DNA of 51,997 nt, filler included, from Sphacelaria rigidula (GCA_964200075.2; 3 parts of 3 records of this genome joined end to end with filler, not necessarily neighbours in it), one strand, 5' to 3'. Shown: positions 23,682 to 34,500, numbered from the whole stretch's first letter. Notes: generated from the letters alone by a model not told the origin. Translations and numbers: made by a program.

Positions 23682-25724
23682 CTACCACGCTTCGGACGCC
23701 GGAGGATTCGCACTGGACACTCCTAGCTCAAATTTTACGTTCGAATCCTGTTTTTCCTCTTCCAAAGCCGCATCATCCACTTCGCCCAGGCGCCCAGGTA
23801 CCACTGCCGGCGAACTACAAATCTGCCCATTACTTTCACCATCACTGCTGACTAAGCCACTACCACCACGCGCGCTTCTCCAACTGCTCGAAGAGGCAGC
23901 AAGCTCACGACACTCCCTCATCCCATCGCTACTGTGAGTGGTGGAAGGGACTGCCACCTCTATCTTCATCCCTGCTCCTGCTTTTGTCCCAAAAGTCACC
24001 TTTCCACCAGTCCTTGAAACTGAGCATCCCGAGAGCAATGGCGTTCTTACACCCTGCCTGGGACCGGCATCGGCATTGCGGCGAGCACCAACAAAGTCGT
24101 TTGCAACAGAACCCGAGATTGCCGCGCGATTTCGTTTCGTTCCTCGTACATCAGCAACGCTTTCTCCGCTGACCTCCGTCGGGCCACGGTCGGGGGCGCC
24201 CTCCTCAGTGTTGAGCTTCGCGGTATCAGACACCGCAGCCGTTTTACGTACAGTAGCGTGTTCTCGGTAAAACTTCGCCTCGTCAACGTTGTGCTTCTTG
24301 TGGATAACACATCCGGAGAACCCCACTTCATCGCAACGTTTTCTACCCATTTTCACCATTCCCGCCCTGACATGTTCAGAGCAGTACTCTGCCTTTGCGC
24401 TGCCCGCGACACCGTACGACCGCCTGTTGGAGCATCGCTCGTAGCTGTAGTTCTTGTTCACCACATCCACCATTTCCGTCCTGGCATGCTTGGAGCAGGA
24501 CCCCACCTTGTTTCCCACTAAACCATCAGACGCCGTAGTGGAGCAGCCCTCGTAGCCGCTGCTCTTGTTCACAGCATTCACCATGGTTGCCATGGCATGC
24601 TTGGAGCAGAACTTCGCTTTCTTGCTTCCCACTGCACCGCAAGACACCCGAGTCGAGCAGCCCTTGTAGCCGCACAAACTAACTCGCACATTCACCATCC
24701 CTGCCATGGCATGCTTGGAGCAAAACCCCGCCTTCTTGCTCCCCGCCACACCAAAAGAGGGATGCTTCGAGCAGCGCTCGTAGCCGCACCTCTTGTTCAC
24801 AACACTCACCATCCCCGCCACGGCATGCTTGGAGCAAAACTCCGTCTTCTTGCTCCCCACTACACCATAAGACGCCCTAGTTGAGCAGCCCTCGTGGCCG
24901 CACGTGTTGCTCCGCACATGCACCATTCCCACCGTGGCATGCTTGGAGCAGAACTCCGCCTTCTTGCTGCCGACCAATCCAAAGGACGCATGAGTGAAGC
25001 AGGCCTCGTGGGCGCACCTCTTCTTGACAACATTCACCATCCCCGCCATAGAATGCTTGGAACAGAACTCCGCCTTCTTACTTCCCACTGCACCATAAGA
25101 CGGCTGCGTGGAGCAGCCCTCGTAGAAACACTTTGTCGCTCTCACGTCCACCATCCCCGCCCTTGCATGTTCAAAGCAGAACTCCGCCTTCTTGCTTCCC
25201 ACCACACCATACGACGGACGCTTTGAGCAGCCCTCGTAGCTGCACCTCTTGCTTTTCACGTCCACCATCCCCGCCCTGGCGTGCTCAAAGCAGAACTCCG
25301 CTTTCTTGCTTCCTACTACACCATACGACGGATGCTTTGAGCAGCCCTCGTCGCCGCACCTCTTGCTCACCACATTTACCATCCCCGACCTGGCGTGCTC
25401 AGTGCAGAACTCCGCTTTCTTGCTTCCTGCCACACCATACGACGGATGCCTTGAGCAGCCCTCGTCGCCGCACCTCTTCTTCACAACATTCACCATCCCC
25501 GCACTGGCATGTTCAAAGCAGAACTCCGCCTTTTTGCTTCCTACTACACCATACGACGGATTCTTTGAGCAGCCCTCGTCGCCGCACGTCTTCTTCATAA
25601 CATTCACCATCCCCGCCCTGGCATGCTCAAGGCAGAACTCCGCCTTTTTGCTTCCTACTACACCATACGACGGATGCTTTGAGCAGCACTCGTCACCGCA
25701 TCTCTTCTTCACAACACTCACCAT
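23682..25724 (-). CDS. EsV-1-7 cysteine-rich repeat protein (about 680 aa from the first ATG; upstream exons possible)
   Basis: The 775-codon open frame starts at a TTG; the first ATG is at 25724. It contains about 12 tandem 38-aa units with consensus CGDEGCSKHPSYGVVGSKKAEFCxEHARAGMVxVxxKR (C-x4-C-x16-C-x2-H). This is the motif of Ectocarpus siliculosus virus ORF 7 and of the expanded brown algal family that includes IMMEDIATE UPRIGHT. Confidence 0.88.
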   Translation of the reverse strand: MVSVVKKRCGDECCSKHPSYGVVGSKKAEFCLEHARAGMVNVMKKTCGDEGCSKNPSYGVVGSKKAEFCFEHASAGMVNVVKKRCGDEGCSRHPSYGVAGSKKAEFCTEHARSGMVNVVSKRCGDEGCSKHPSYGVVGSKKAEFCFEHARAGMVDVKSKRCSYEGCSKRPSYGVVGSKKAEFCFEHARAGMVDVRATKCFYEGCSTQPSYGAVGSKKAEFCSKHSMAGMVNVVKKRCAHEACFTHASFGLVGSKKAEFCSKHATVGMVHVRSNTCGHEGCSTRASYGVVGSKKTEFCSKHAVAGMVSVVNKRCGYERCSKHPSFGVAGSKKAGFCSKHAMAGMVNVRVSLCGYKGCSTRVSCGAVGSKKAKFCSKHAMATMVNAVNKSSGYEGCSTTASDGLVGNKVGSCSKHARTEMVDVVNKNYSYERCSNRRSYGVAGSAKAEYCSEHVRAGMVKMGRKRCDEVGFSGCVIHKKHNVDEAKFYREHATVRKTAAVSDTAKLNTEEGAPDRGPTEVSGESVADVRGTKRNRAAISGSVANDFVGARRNADAGPRQGVRTPLLSGCSVSRTGGKVTFGTKAGAGMKIEVAVPSTTHSSDGMRECRELAASSSSWRSARGGSGLVSSDGESNGQICSSPAVVPGRLGEVDDAALEEEKQDSNVKFELGVSSANPPASEAW

Positions 25725-25850
25725 CCCCGCCCTGGCGTGCTCAGAGCAGAACTCCGCGTGTAGCCCTGTGCACCGTGATATGGCGGCTCGGAGCAGCCCT
25801 TGGTGACGCACCTTTCTTTTGCTACGTCGACCTTCAGGTCCTTCGCATGC
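24255..25850 (-). repeat. Coding tandem array, 114-bp unit (EsV-1-7 repeats)
   Basis: On the plus strand, CACCATCCCCGC...GCAGAACTCCGC...GAGCAGCCCTCG recurs every 114 bp. There are 12 recognisable units plus a degenerate unit at each end. Confidence 0.95.
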
Positions 25851-28800
25851 GGCTGCTTCGAAGACTAACTGCTCACGGTAGCACAAATGCCAAAACGGCG
25901 GGAGGTCTGCCGTGAGCCATGTGTGAAAGCGAGTTGGAATGCTTTGCAAAACGATCGGCACTTTTGTTGGGGCACATACTCCGGAGAAAAAGAGGCTGCC
26001 TGCATTCAACTCAGACCACGCTACATGTAAGCTGACCGTAACAACTGCAGCACCACTTCAAGAGAGTTCGAGCGAACGGGACATCCTGTACACTACTGCA
26101 GTAGGGATCGAAAGCGAACAAAGCGCTATCGTAGTGCAATAGCAGGAATGTGCGGCGGGAAACATGCCGAAGCACCATAGCACCACAAAAGCCTGCCCGA
26201 ACTTGAACAGAGACGAGACAGTGGATTTGAATCGAAAGTACTACAGATACCATATCTGCTGTCATCGTTTCGACGCACACTCCGTCTGCATGGCACCATA
26301 TAGCACGACAACGCCGAGACGCACCAGAGGGACGAGGTTCAGCAGATGCACGCCGGCGTGCGAAGGCAACTGCGAAAAATGGCCCAGGCCATGTTCTAGG
26401 CCATGATCTTATCGTTATTTCCCTGCTGGGTATTCCTCGTTGCACAAATAGAAGCAGCGTCCAAAACGTCGTCGGCAATGTATTCTAGCTTGCACAGCAC
26501 CCCAGGTGAAGACGGCAACTCCCAGATGCACTATCGTAACACAGTCCGTGCATCGGCGGTAAGATGTTTCAAAAAGCCTTGTCAGCCACGCGCCGTCATG
26601 GAAAGGAAGTATTCACTCCTCGCAACTTTATTTGCTTCTGGTGTTCTGTACGGGATCAACATGACTTCTCATCGCGTGTAAGACAGGCTTCACAAGAAGT
26701 TCTATACGCAGAGGCACCGGATTGTCATCATTGTAATGGTACCAATGAGCCGTTGTGCTGTGTTCTGCCGTGGCTGTCGCTGGTGTTCAAAAGCCGCAGT
26801 GGTGAAACTACACAAACGACGCCAAATGAATCGTGCCTGATGGGGTACCATGTGATGTCGACGCATGGATACTGCGCTCGCCGTGAATTCAACGGCAACG
26901 GTGCAGTTTGGTGCAAGGTGGCAAGTACTGTGCTTATGTGACTCTTACCTGTGCAGATCGCGCCTTGTACACCATCCGGATACGTTTTGGCGACTGTGTA
27001 CGTTTGTCCGGCGTGAATTAACTACACAAGGTGTGAAGGCGATCCTGTACAGCTGTTCTCAAGTAGCTGTAAGCCCGTGAGGATTACTTCAACAAAACAC
27101 CGTATAAGAAAGCAGCGGAGACCCTCGCCAATGAGAGACGTCACGACAGGCAACGGTGTAGATTTCCGTCTGTTGCAGGACTATCGACACATGGACACAA
27201 TCATGCGTGATGCACATGTTTCGTATATCCCAGCGTATACTAAAAGCTATCCTGGGCACACACTATACGTCCTGTTGGGGGGGTCTCAGCAGAGTACGGT
27301 GGATCGAAGGCCCGCATCACAGCCCCCCGCACCATACTGGTAAAGTGGAGCTACTTTCAGTAGTCTAGCGGATAGGAAATAGGAAATGTGACAAGTAGGA
27401 CAAGTAATCTTGACTGCACCATGTGGCATTTCCATTGTACGAAGTAATACAGGGCAAACCTACCGAACAACAGGACAGGATCATTTCGGGTATTTGCAGA
27501 GGAGAAATTGTTATTTTCCATTGGGTTCATGGGAGTAACCCGCCGGCATGACATGGGAGTAATGTTGATGGTCGCCTTCAAAAGTGCATGCAACACCGAA
27601 CCACAGCCCTAACCCAAGTAATTCGCGACGTGATAGCATGTACGATGTGAGACGCATATGCGATGTGAGTAGCTGGAAAACGTCACAGTTCAATCATGAG
27701 AAATGTAAGACGCTTGCACATACAATCCGCATCTGAGTTGCGTCTAGTGTTCACGACCGGCAATGCACAAAGTGACTGTACTGTTGAGCACACCCACTAT
27801 GCATGAGCACGCGGTGCTGTGGTAACCAAGAGCAACGCATGCTGCCTGTTCGGCAAGCGCGAGTCCGAATGACGTGTACCAATCCCCTTGGCGCATTGCA
27901 GTATTGATGATCGAGCGAGCGGCATTGCGTTGGTCGCGCTTACCGTCGACGCGTGCGCTCCATTTGTTTCACGAAGCAAGCGAGAGAAATGAACATGCTT
28001 GTCCGTGCCACATGAATATTCAACACTTTCGACAGATTAAAAATATGTCCCTGCTCCAGATATCTGATATGAAATATGCCGTTTCCCTGGAATGAACGAT
28101 CTGCCAATCTTTGGGAATGATGCCCAAGACTCGCAGAAAACCACACACCATTGTAAAACGTTGCTTCGAAATCGAAGAATACCTGCAAACGTCGGAGAAT
28201 GCTGCTCCCAACTGGTATGTATCTGGGAACGTCCATATCGGTCGTGATTCTGTTCCGCTCGATCGCTGGAATTGCAAAACGGGTATCCCGTGTGCTGGAC
28301 GGCGATTTATCCGATGGTTGGAAGCCAGTCATTTGTTATTTTCGTACAGGACATGCTCAGTGTACTTGAGGAGAAAAATATCAATAACTGCCGAATCTCC
28401 CGGAGAGCACGCGCATACGCCGATCTGTAAACATATATATATATATACAGTGATCAAATATCTTCCGCTTTCTGTCGCACATATGTACGTGTTAATATCC
28501 GATTAGCACAGCCTGATGCCAGTCGGTCAGTTGTACAACAACAGAGAAATATTGTGGGAATTGAGTGACCGGCTTTACAGAGAAAAAGGGGTCACCTAGC
28601 GTAGCTGATAATGACATGTCTTGAATCTTGTTACCTACATCAGGCAAACATGTAGAGAAACTCCAGACATATCTCATATCATTCGAAACCATTGATATGA
28701 CTCTTCAGATGGTCTGATAATACGTCTGAGAAGGTTCCTCTCGATTCACGGATATCGGAAAACGTTCCAAAGAGTTGTGCCGAAAGAAGAACATGCCTGC

Positions 28801-29325
28801 ATTTGTTTGAAAGAGCCGTCTCTGGGGTGAACAGTTGTTCCACGTGTGCTGGGCCCAATCCTTCTAGAAAAACAGGTTTTGTACCCATGTCGTTCACACA
28901 TGTTCTGCTACGGGTAGGTATGTCACGTATGTCACTCGCAAATGTTACGAACAAACAGATGGATACTCTCCGCGTGTCACATCCGTAAGCTTTAAAGTGG
29001 ACACGTGTTCCGCGTACGCTCGACAGATGCGTTTTGAAGTGAACAGCTGTTCAACAAATCGAACACGGAAAAAACTAACGCATTCGTACGTGTTCCGATT
29101 CGGGAATTTACTGCATAGTCAGTGCAGACAATAAACAAGTAGTATAACCGTGTGCTGCGACTCACTGTACGGCGCGGTGCCCTTTTCATCGCAGGGTGTG
29201 CAAACGCCACAGTAGGTGTGGGGGTAGGGGGGGGAGATGCCCAGATAGGAGAGGATACGGCAACGCACGACACGCGTCACAAAAGTAGCGGCTGTATATA
29301 GTGAAGAATCACTTCCCCCCCGCCT

Positions 29326-29655
29326 GGCCCTGATGGTGTAATGGTATGACTGTTACCGCTATGGTGGAGAGTATGTGAGTTCGATTCCTGCCGGATCCGT
29401 TGGTTATCATGTTCGAAGCATCTGACTTACACCGTCGAAAGCGTGAGTACGTGTGTGAACAAAAAGCAGTTGACATGCGTTTGTTTGACGAGAGTTGACG
29501 CCATGCGGGAGTGCTCCACCAATTCGCGAGACTCAAAATGCAAGGCGTGTACCGGGGGTTCCACTCATGATCATGCATGCCATAGTAGTAAAGATCATTG
29601 AGCTTACATCCCTACGAAGCCGAGACAGAGCACACCGGGTTCTCGCCGGACCAGG
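29326..29655 (+). mobile_element. tRNA-derived SINE, family A (with head)
   Basis: The head has Pol III A-box TGGTGTAATGG and B-box GAGTTCGATTC but no clean cloverleaf. The 3' about 110 bp recurs at 30118-30252. Confidence 0.7.
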
Positions 29656-29873
29656 TTCGCTCTCGATCACCAAGCGCTAAGTGCCGTGGTGTGTTCGACT
29701 GATCGCATGAAGGGTGAGCTGCATCCTGCTAAGACTGTTCGGCCCGAAGCCCGGTGATTATCTTGCATTTGGATGACAGCCTACAATGAGCTGCTTTAGT
29801 TTCTGGTATCGCCCCTTCCAGAGACAGCCACGGCTTATACATTGCCTCGTGGGTGTCTCACGATTATTACAGT

Positions 29874-30120
29874 ACGTAGTACGATCATCTCCGTTGTGCG
29901 GAGTCGGGCTTCTCCCACGCCGCACTACATGATCTCGCTCGACTACCATCATGCTCACGACAAACAAACGCAAGCGCGCAGAACAAAATCGGTCACCTGG
30001 CTCCCTAGCTTACGCAGTGAGTGATGTGTTTGGCAGCGTCATCGCCAACCGACGTCAACCCCATCGGGGGTACGCCCCTACGAAGTCGGGACATTGCACG
30101 CCGGGTTCTCGCACCCGGGC
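29874..30120 (+). mobile_element. Interspersed repeat, probably the 3' end of a non-LTR retroelement
   Basis: Clear diverged reverse-complement match to 51749-51997. It ends in the same about 45-bp tail as SINE family A. Confidence 0.65.
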
Positions 30121-30252
30121 TGTACACGGGGGGGGGGGGAGGGGTGTACTCATGATCGTGCATGCCACAGTCATAAGACCATTGGCCTCGCATCCCTACA
30201 AAGCCGGGACGAAGCACGCCGGGGTTTCGCCGGACCAGGCGCGGGGGGGGGG
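30118..30252 (+). mobile_element. SINE family A, 3' fragment
   Basis: ACTCATGATCGTGCATGCCA...CCCTACAAAGCCGGGAC...TCGCCGGACCAGG matches about 29545-29655; followed by a G run. Confidence 0.75.
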
Positions 30253-30567
30253 CGCACTCATTTGTTGCTTCCCTCAATCGTTTGACCATTGACCACGCAT
30301 CCCTTTCAAGACACAGCGTGTAGCGAGGAGAGATGGGTTGATCCCCTGAGACAACGGACTCGTCCCCAGGTAGAGGAGGGGTTCAGAATATGACATCTGG
30401 GATGCTCGATGTAGAGTGTGGCGATACTGTCAGCTTCGGCCACCGTTGCTGTACCCGTAAATATATCGTGAAGGGTAGGCCATGCATTTCATTTTTGGTA
30501 GAGCGTCCTGCCGACCACGAGTGCTGTGCCGAAAGAAGCCGGAAGTCCCTCTGCATTCCGATGACCT

Positions 30568-30597
30568 GGTCGCCCCGGTGGCTCAGTTGATAATTTC
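30568..30597 (+). mobile_element. SINE family B head fragment, interrupted by a hAT-like element
   Basis: GGTCGCCCCGGTGGCTCAGTTGATAATTTC matches the first 30 nt of the family B head. Confidence 0.55.
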
Positions 30598-31530
30598 CAG
30601 GGCTGTACATGTTCCACATGGCACAGCATTAAACGTGAACGTCAAGTTTGTTTTACCTGATAAACATAACGTGACGTAATCCTTGGAACTTCATGTAGAA
30701 CGTTAACGTAACGTGACATTTTTTACGAGCCAAAGGGAACGTAACCTGAGCGCTTAATTGCCCAAACGTTCGAAACACGTGATATAAATGCTTCATGAAA
30801 CGTGTAAGGTCTAATAGACGCCATACGTGTATTAGACTTTACACGCTACATGACACGTCATAAGCACGTTACATGAAACGGTGCACACTTCAAGTATGAA
30901 ATCAATTTTGAATTCCTAGAAGATTGTGCTGCAATGAACACTAGTGAGTTTTCATGCCCATGCTATAGGACATACTATTTTAGCAAGTTCGCGCGCTCCG
31001 CCCCATAGCACACGTTGCCAGATATCGTTGCAGCACATCATAATATCATAATCATCCACATTCATATCAGTAGAAGAGACCGGGTGTGGCGTAACCATTC
31101 ACGTCACGTTCACGTGCAGTGAGTACATGAGATGGATCCAGGGGGGGTATCGACGGGTCCTCAAGTAGGGGGTGCCGCAGACTCCAGACAATCTCGATCG
31201 TTGCCTGCAGCTGCACCATCTACCGCAACGGCAAACTGCAGTACCGACGACTCGCCTGCCTGGTGGCCGCCACGATCATTGATCATTGTGCAAAACGAGC
31301 GGAACAAAGTGAATGTCGCCACACGAAGTCGTCGGCGTACTCTCTGACCGCTCTGCAGGTACATGACCCAATTGCCGCCTGCCTCGTCTAACGGCAAGAA
31401 CGTCATCTGCCGAGTCTTGACGTCGAAGGGCGACCGGTGCGACCACCTCACGATACACGTGTCCAATACCGGAACGGGCGTCATGTCGAACCACATGAAG
31501 AGAAGTCACCAAAACATCTACAAGTTGTGA
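30598..31530 (+). mobile_element. Left arm of a hAT-like DNA transposon with a dead BED zinc-finger ORF
   Basis: Begins CAGGGCTG (hAT-type terminus), followed by about 300 bp dense in ACGT/AACGT motifs. The frame of ORF 31132, read past the TGA at 31345, gives PLCRYM...VICRVLTSKGDRCDH...TGTGVMSNHMKRSHQNIY (BED-type C..C..H-x4-H). No catalytic domain or right end found. Confidence 0.65.
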
Positions 31531-34500
31531 ATGGCGACGGGCGTACACTCCAGCGCGGTACAGCGCGAGAGGGGAGGTATCCTTCAGCGGGCCCCATCAG
31601 CAACAGGTGTGTGTGTGTGTGTGTGTGTGATGTAAGAGAACGGCAGTACAGCTAAACGCCGAAAAAATGCCACAGTGATGATTCCAGTAGCGGTTGATTA
31701 TCTTCTCTTATGTTGGTTTGCGGTAGGCAATTGTTAATGGCGGTACGGCGCTGATACAAGTTACGATGCTTGTACAACAGTGCTGACATAGTAGGTCCAG
31801 TGTACTGTGCCACGTCCTGTGCCACACTTTACGTTGCGGCGGCTGCGCTCCATACACTTGCAACATGAGACACGTTAGCTCAAGGGTACGTACTACAGAC
31901 AGAGAAACATCGTGTGTGGCACCGAGTCTATGGGTAAGGATCACTATGAAATAATGAAACTCAAATCAGCGATTTTTTCGTTGTTTTCCATTATTCTTGT
32001 CGGGATTTCGCTGCATACACATGCGCTACTCAAACGCTACCTGTTGCAGAGATGTCAACAAGGGTGCACTGTTTGGTTATTTGTTGTCCGGGTCTAGTCT
32101 GGGCTTTTTTTTCCTCCGTTGGCTTGTTACAGCCCAGGATAGTAGCAGGAGGAGAGCTGGAAACAACATATGCAGGCAGCATTGATCATATTTTTCATAC
32201 GCACCAAGTCATGAAGCAAGCGAAGCGTACTGTGCACCTTCGAAAGGAAGCGGCGTTCTAGCACACGGGATCGGATACAGGAGAGAAATACATGAATACT
32301 TTAGTTAGCCACATGACGTTCCGTGTATACAGTGCTTGGTTGTCTCCGGCGTTGTACCCCAACAACTTTCTGTCGCGACACCGACTGTATCTGTATCGCA
32401 CGAAGATATGCCAGCGCTGGCCAGCCAGGCGGCACCGTGTTTGTCATACCTGTACGGTACCGACCAATGCGAGCCATCCAGAACAACAGCACGACAGACC
32501 ACAAAAGGGAGCCAGTAGCGTTGGTGCGGGTACAGTCCCTCTTCCGGGTTATGTTTTGTCCGAGCAGAATAAAACAATACACAACGATGACCATGGAGCT
32601 ATCTTCAATCATGCCCCGTATCCAAGGCCGTGCAGGATGCAGCAGCAAGCCAGAGCGCAAATGGAGACTGCAACACCAACCTCTGCTACCGCAACCGTAC
32701 CGCGGGCACGGCGACACTCAACGCAAACGTTGGGTACACTTACACGTATATCGATAGATGGAGCACCGCCCGTGACGCCATTGTTGTCTTGGATATCATC
32801 CCGCCTCCGCACAGTACGGTACAGCGGCTGCGGGTACCAGAAGACCGGAAAAATCATGTGTGACAGAATCTACACTAAAATCATGTTTGTACTATCAAAT
32901 GTGCCATGAAACGTTGAGGGGCCAGAATTTGAAATTACATTCCTTGAAATTAGTGTTTGTACTATGAAAATAAACCCGTACCCATGGGCCCGCCACCGCG
33001 TGTGTACTGTTATGGGGGTGAATGAAGGCCTTACCGACCAAAACTCCGGTTCCCACAATAATAAAATTGAATGCGGACGGATATTGAAGACGTATTGAAG
33101 ACGTCATAGACTTGTCGGGCCTGTGCCGAACCCCTGCCAAAAATGACACACGCTCCATCCCAAGTTACCCAGGTTTAGTATGCGACAGCTTGAATTTGTT
33201 TCATCGCAATAACCTCGAGACAGGAAGCACAGCGGCCTCTGGAACTTCACAGCCCGCAGCACACACAGAACACCTATACAGCAGCGCAAGCAGATTTACC
33301 CCATTCGCCACAGGGGATCCAAAAAGTCCCAGAACGTTGCAGGAAACGCGTTTTTCAGAACATTTTGTGTTTGGTGCAGCGGTTTCTGAAGTGCTGGGCA
33401 CGCGTGCGGAAATCTGTGGCTACACTGAACAATTCCGGTGTATGGGAAGCGCACGCATCAAACCGCAGTCGAATCCTTTACCTGGTTGCCGAGAAAATAG
33501 AGTCGAAAAATCGGCAGTTGTGAGTTGAGGGCCCGCAGTTTTTGCGGAGGTGAAAAATGGGAAATTCTCAGAAGCAGGGTGTTTCGAAGTACAAGGGAAG
33601 AACCGGTCAAGACTTGACCTGTGCCCTGGCGGCCGCGCGCAAGGTCAAGGCGGCGCCTCAACGCGCGGAGAAGGCTGAAAAAAAACTCAAGGCGGCCACT
33701 GAAAGGCTCAACGCGGTCACCGAAACGTTTGACGCGTCTGTTTCATGCCAGAGTATTAGAGGTCCAACGCATAAGCTACGCCGGTGCGCCCAATTTGTTT
33801 TGCGGTCCTTTGGTCCTTCCACAGTCGGCAGACAGCAATGATGCTTTCGGTAACTGACTGTGAATGCTAGTAACAATATGTGGACAATGCAACATGGGAC
33901 AAGCTTCGTTTTGAAGGGGGATGTGTATGTATCTTCCGTCCTGCCATGTGGTACTGATTTCTTATATGCGCTTGTGTACAAGGCGCAATTCATTCTCTCA
34001 ACATAAAGTACCACGGACTATATAGTTTGCTCTGATCAAAATCGGCTGTGTTGTGTCTACGCTATCGAGTGCACAAGCCAGGGCCTCAAGCGCGGTCTTT
34101 TCAATGTTCGATGTACTCCCTTTCATAGACCGAAGGCAGCCATGACGTTTGCTGTCACCACTGACCGTGTGCATCAATAACAAGATAACAGGAGGAAACT
34201 ATGAGACTGGACAGGCGGGATAATTGTGCATCGCCTCTGTACACCAACGACAATCCGAAAAAATGCGCTGTCTCCACTGCCTATGTACATTGATAACAAG
34301 CTATTCTGTGTTGCTGTGCAAAGCAACTTCGCGTTACAACAGCAAGTACCCGTCACCTCTCGAATTGCAGTGGGCGAGGTTACACATGAACGTCGTCTGA
34401 GCGTACGTCGGTCGGATCAAGCGCAGGAACGCAGGTGTGAAGAGCGGTTTTGACCATCGTCTGTGTACCGCACTTCACGGACTAACAGCAGCAGCCGTGA

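Noticed and set aside
24255-25745. CRISPR-like array
   Set aside because: The units are contiguous in-frame coding repeats without unique spacers, there are no cas genes, and the context is eukaryotic.
24597-25915. Plus-strand repetitive ORFs (for example 25249-25806 and 25133-25600)
   Set aside because: They are antisense shadows of the EsV-1-7 coding array.
29326-29398. Functional tRNA gene
   Set aside because: A and B boxes are present, but the acceptor and anticodon stems do not pair cleanly and the sequence runs into a repeated body, so it is a SINE head. The same applies to 39775-39852.
32128-32145. TACAGCCCAG as the right terminus of the hAT-like element
   Set aside because: It is only a 9/10 match, with no ACGT-rich subterminal region and no matching 8-bp TSD.
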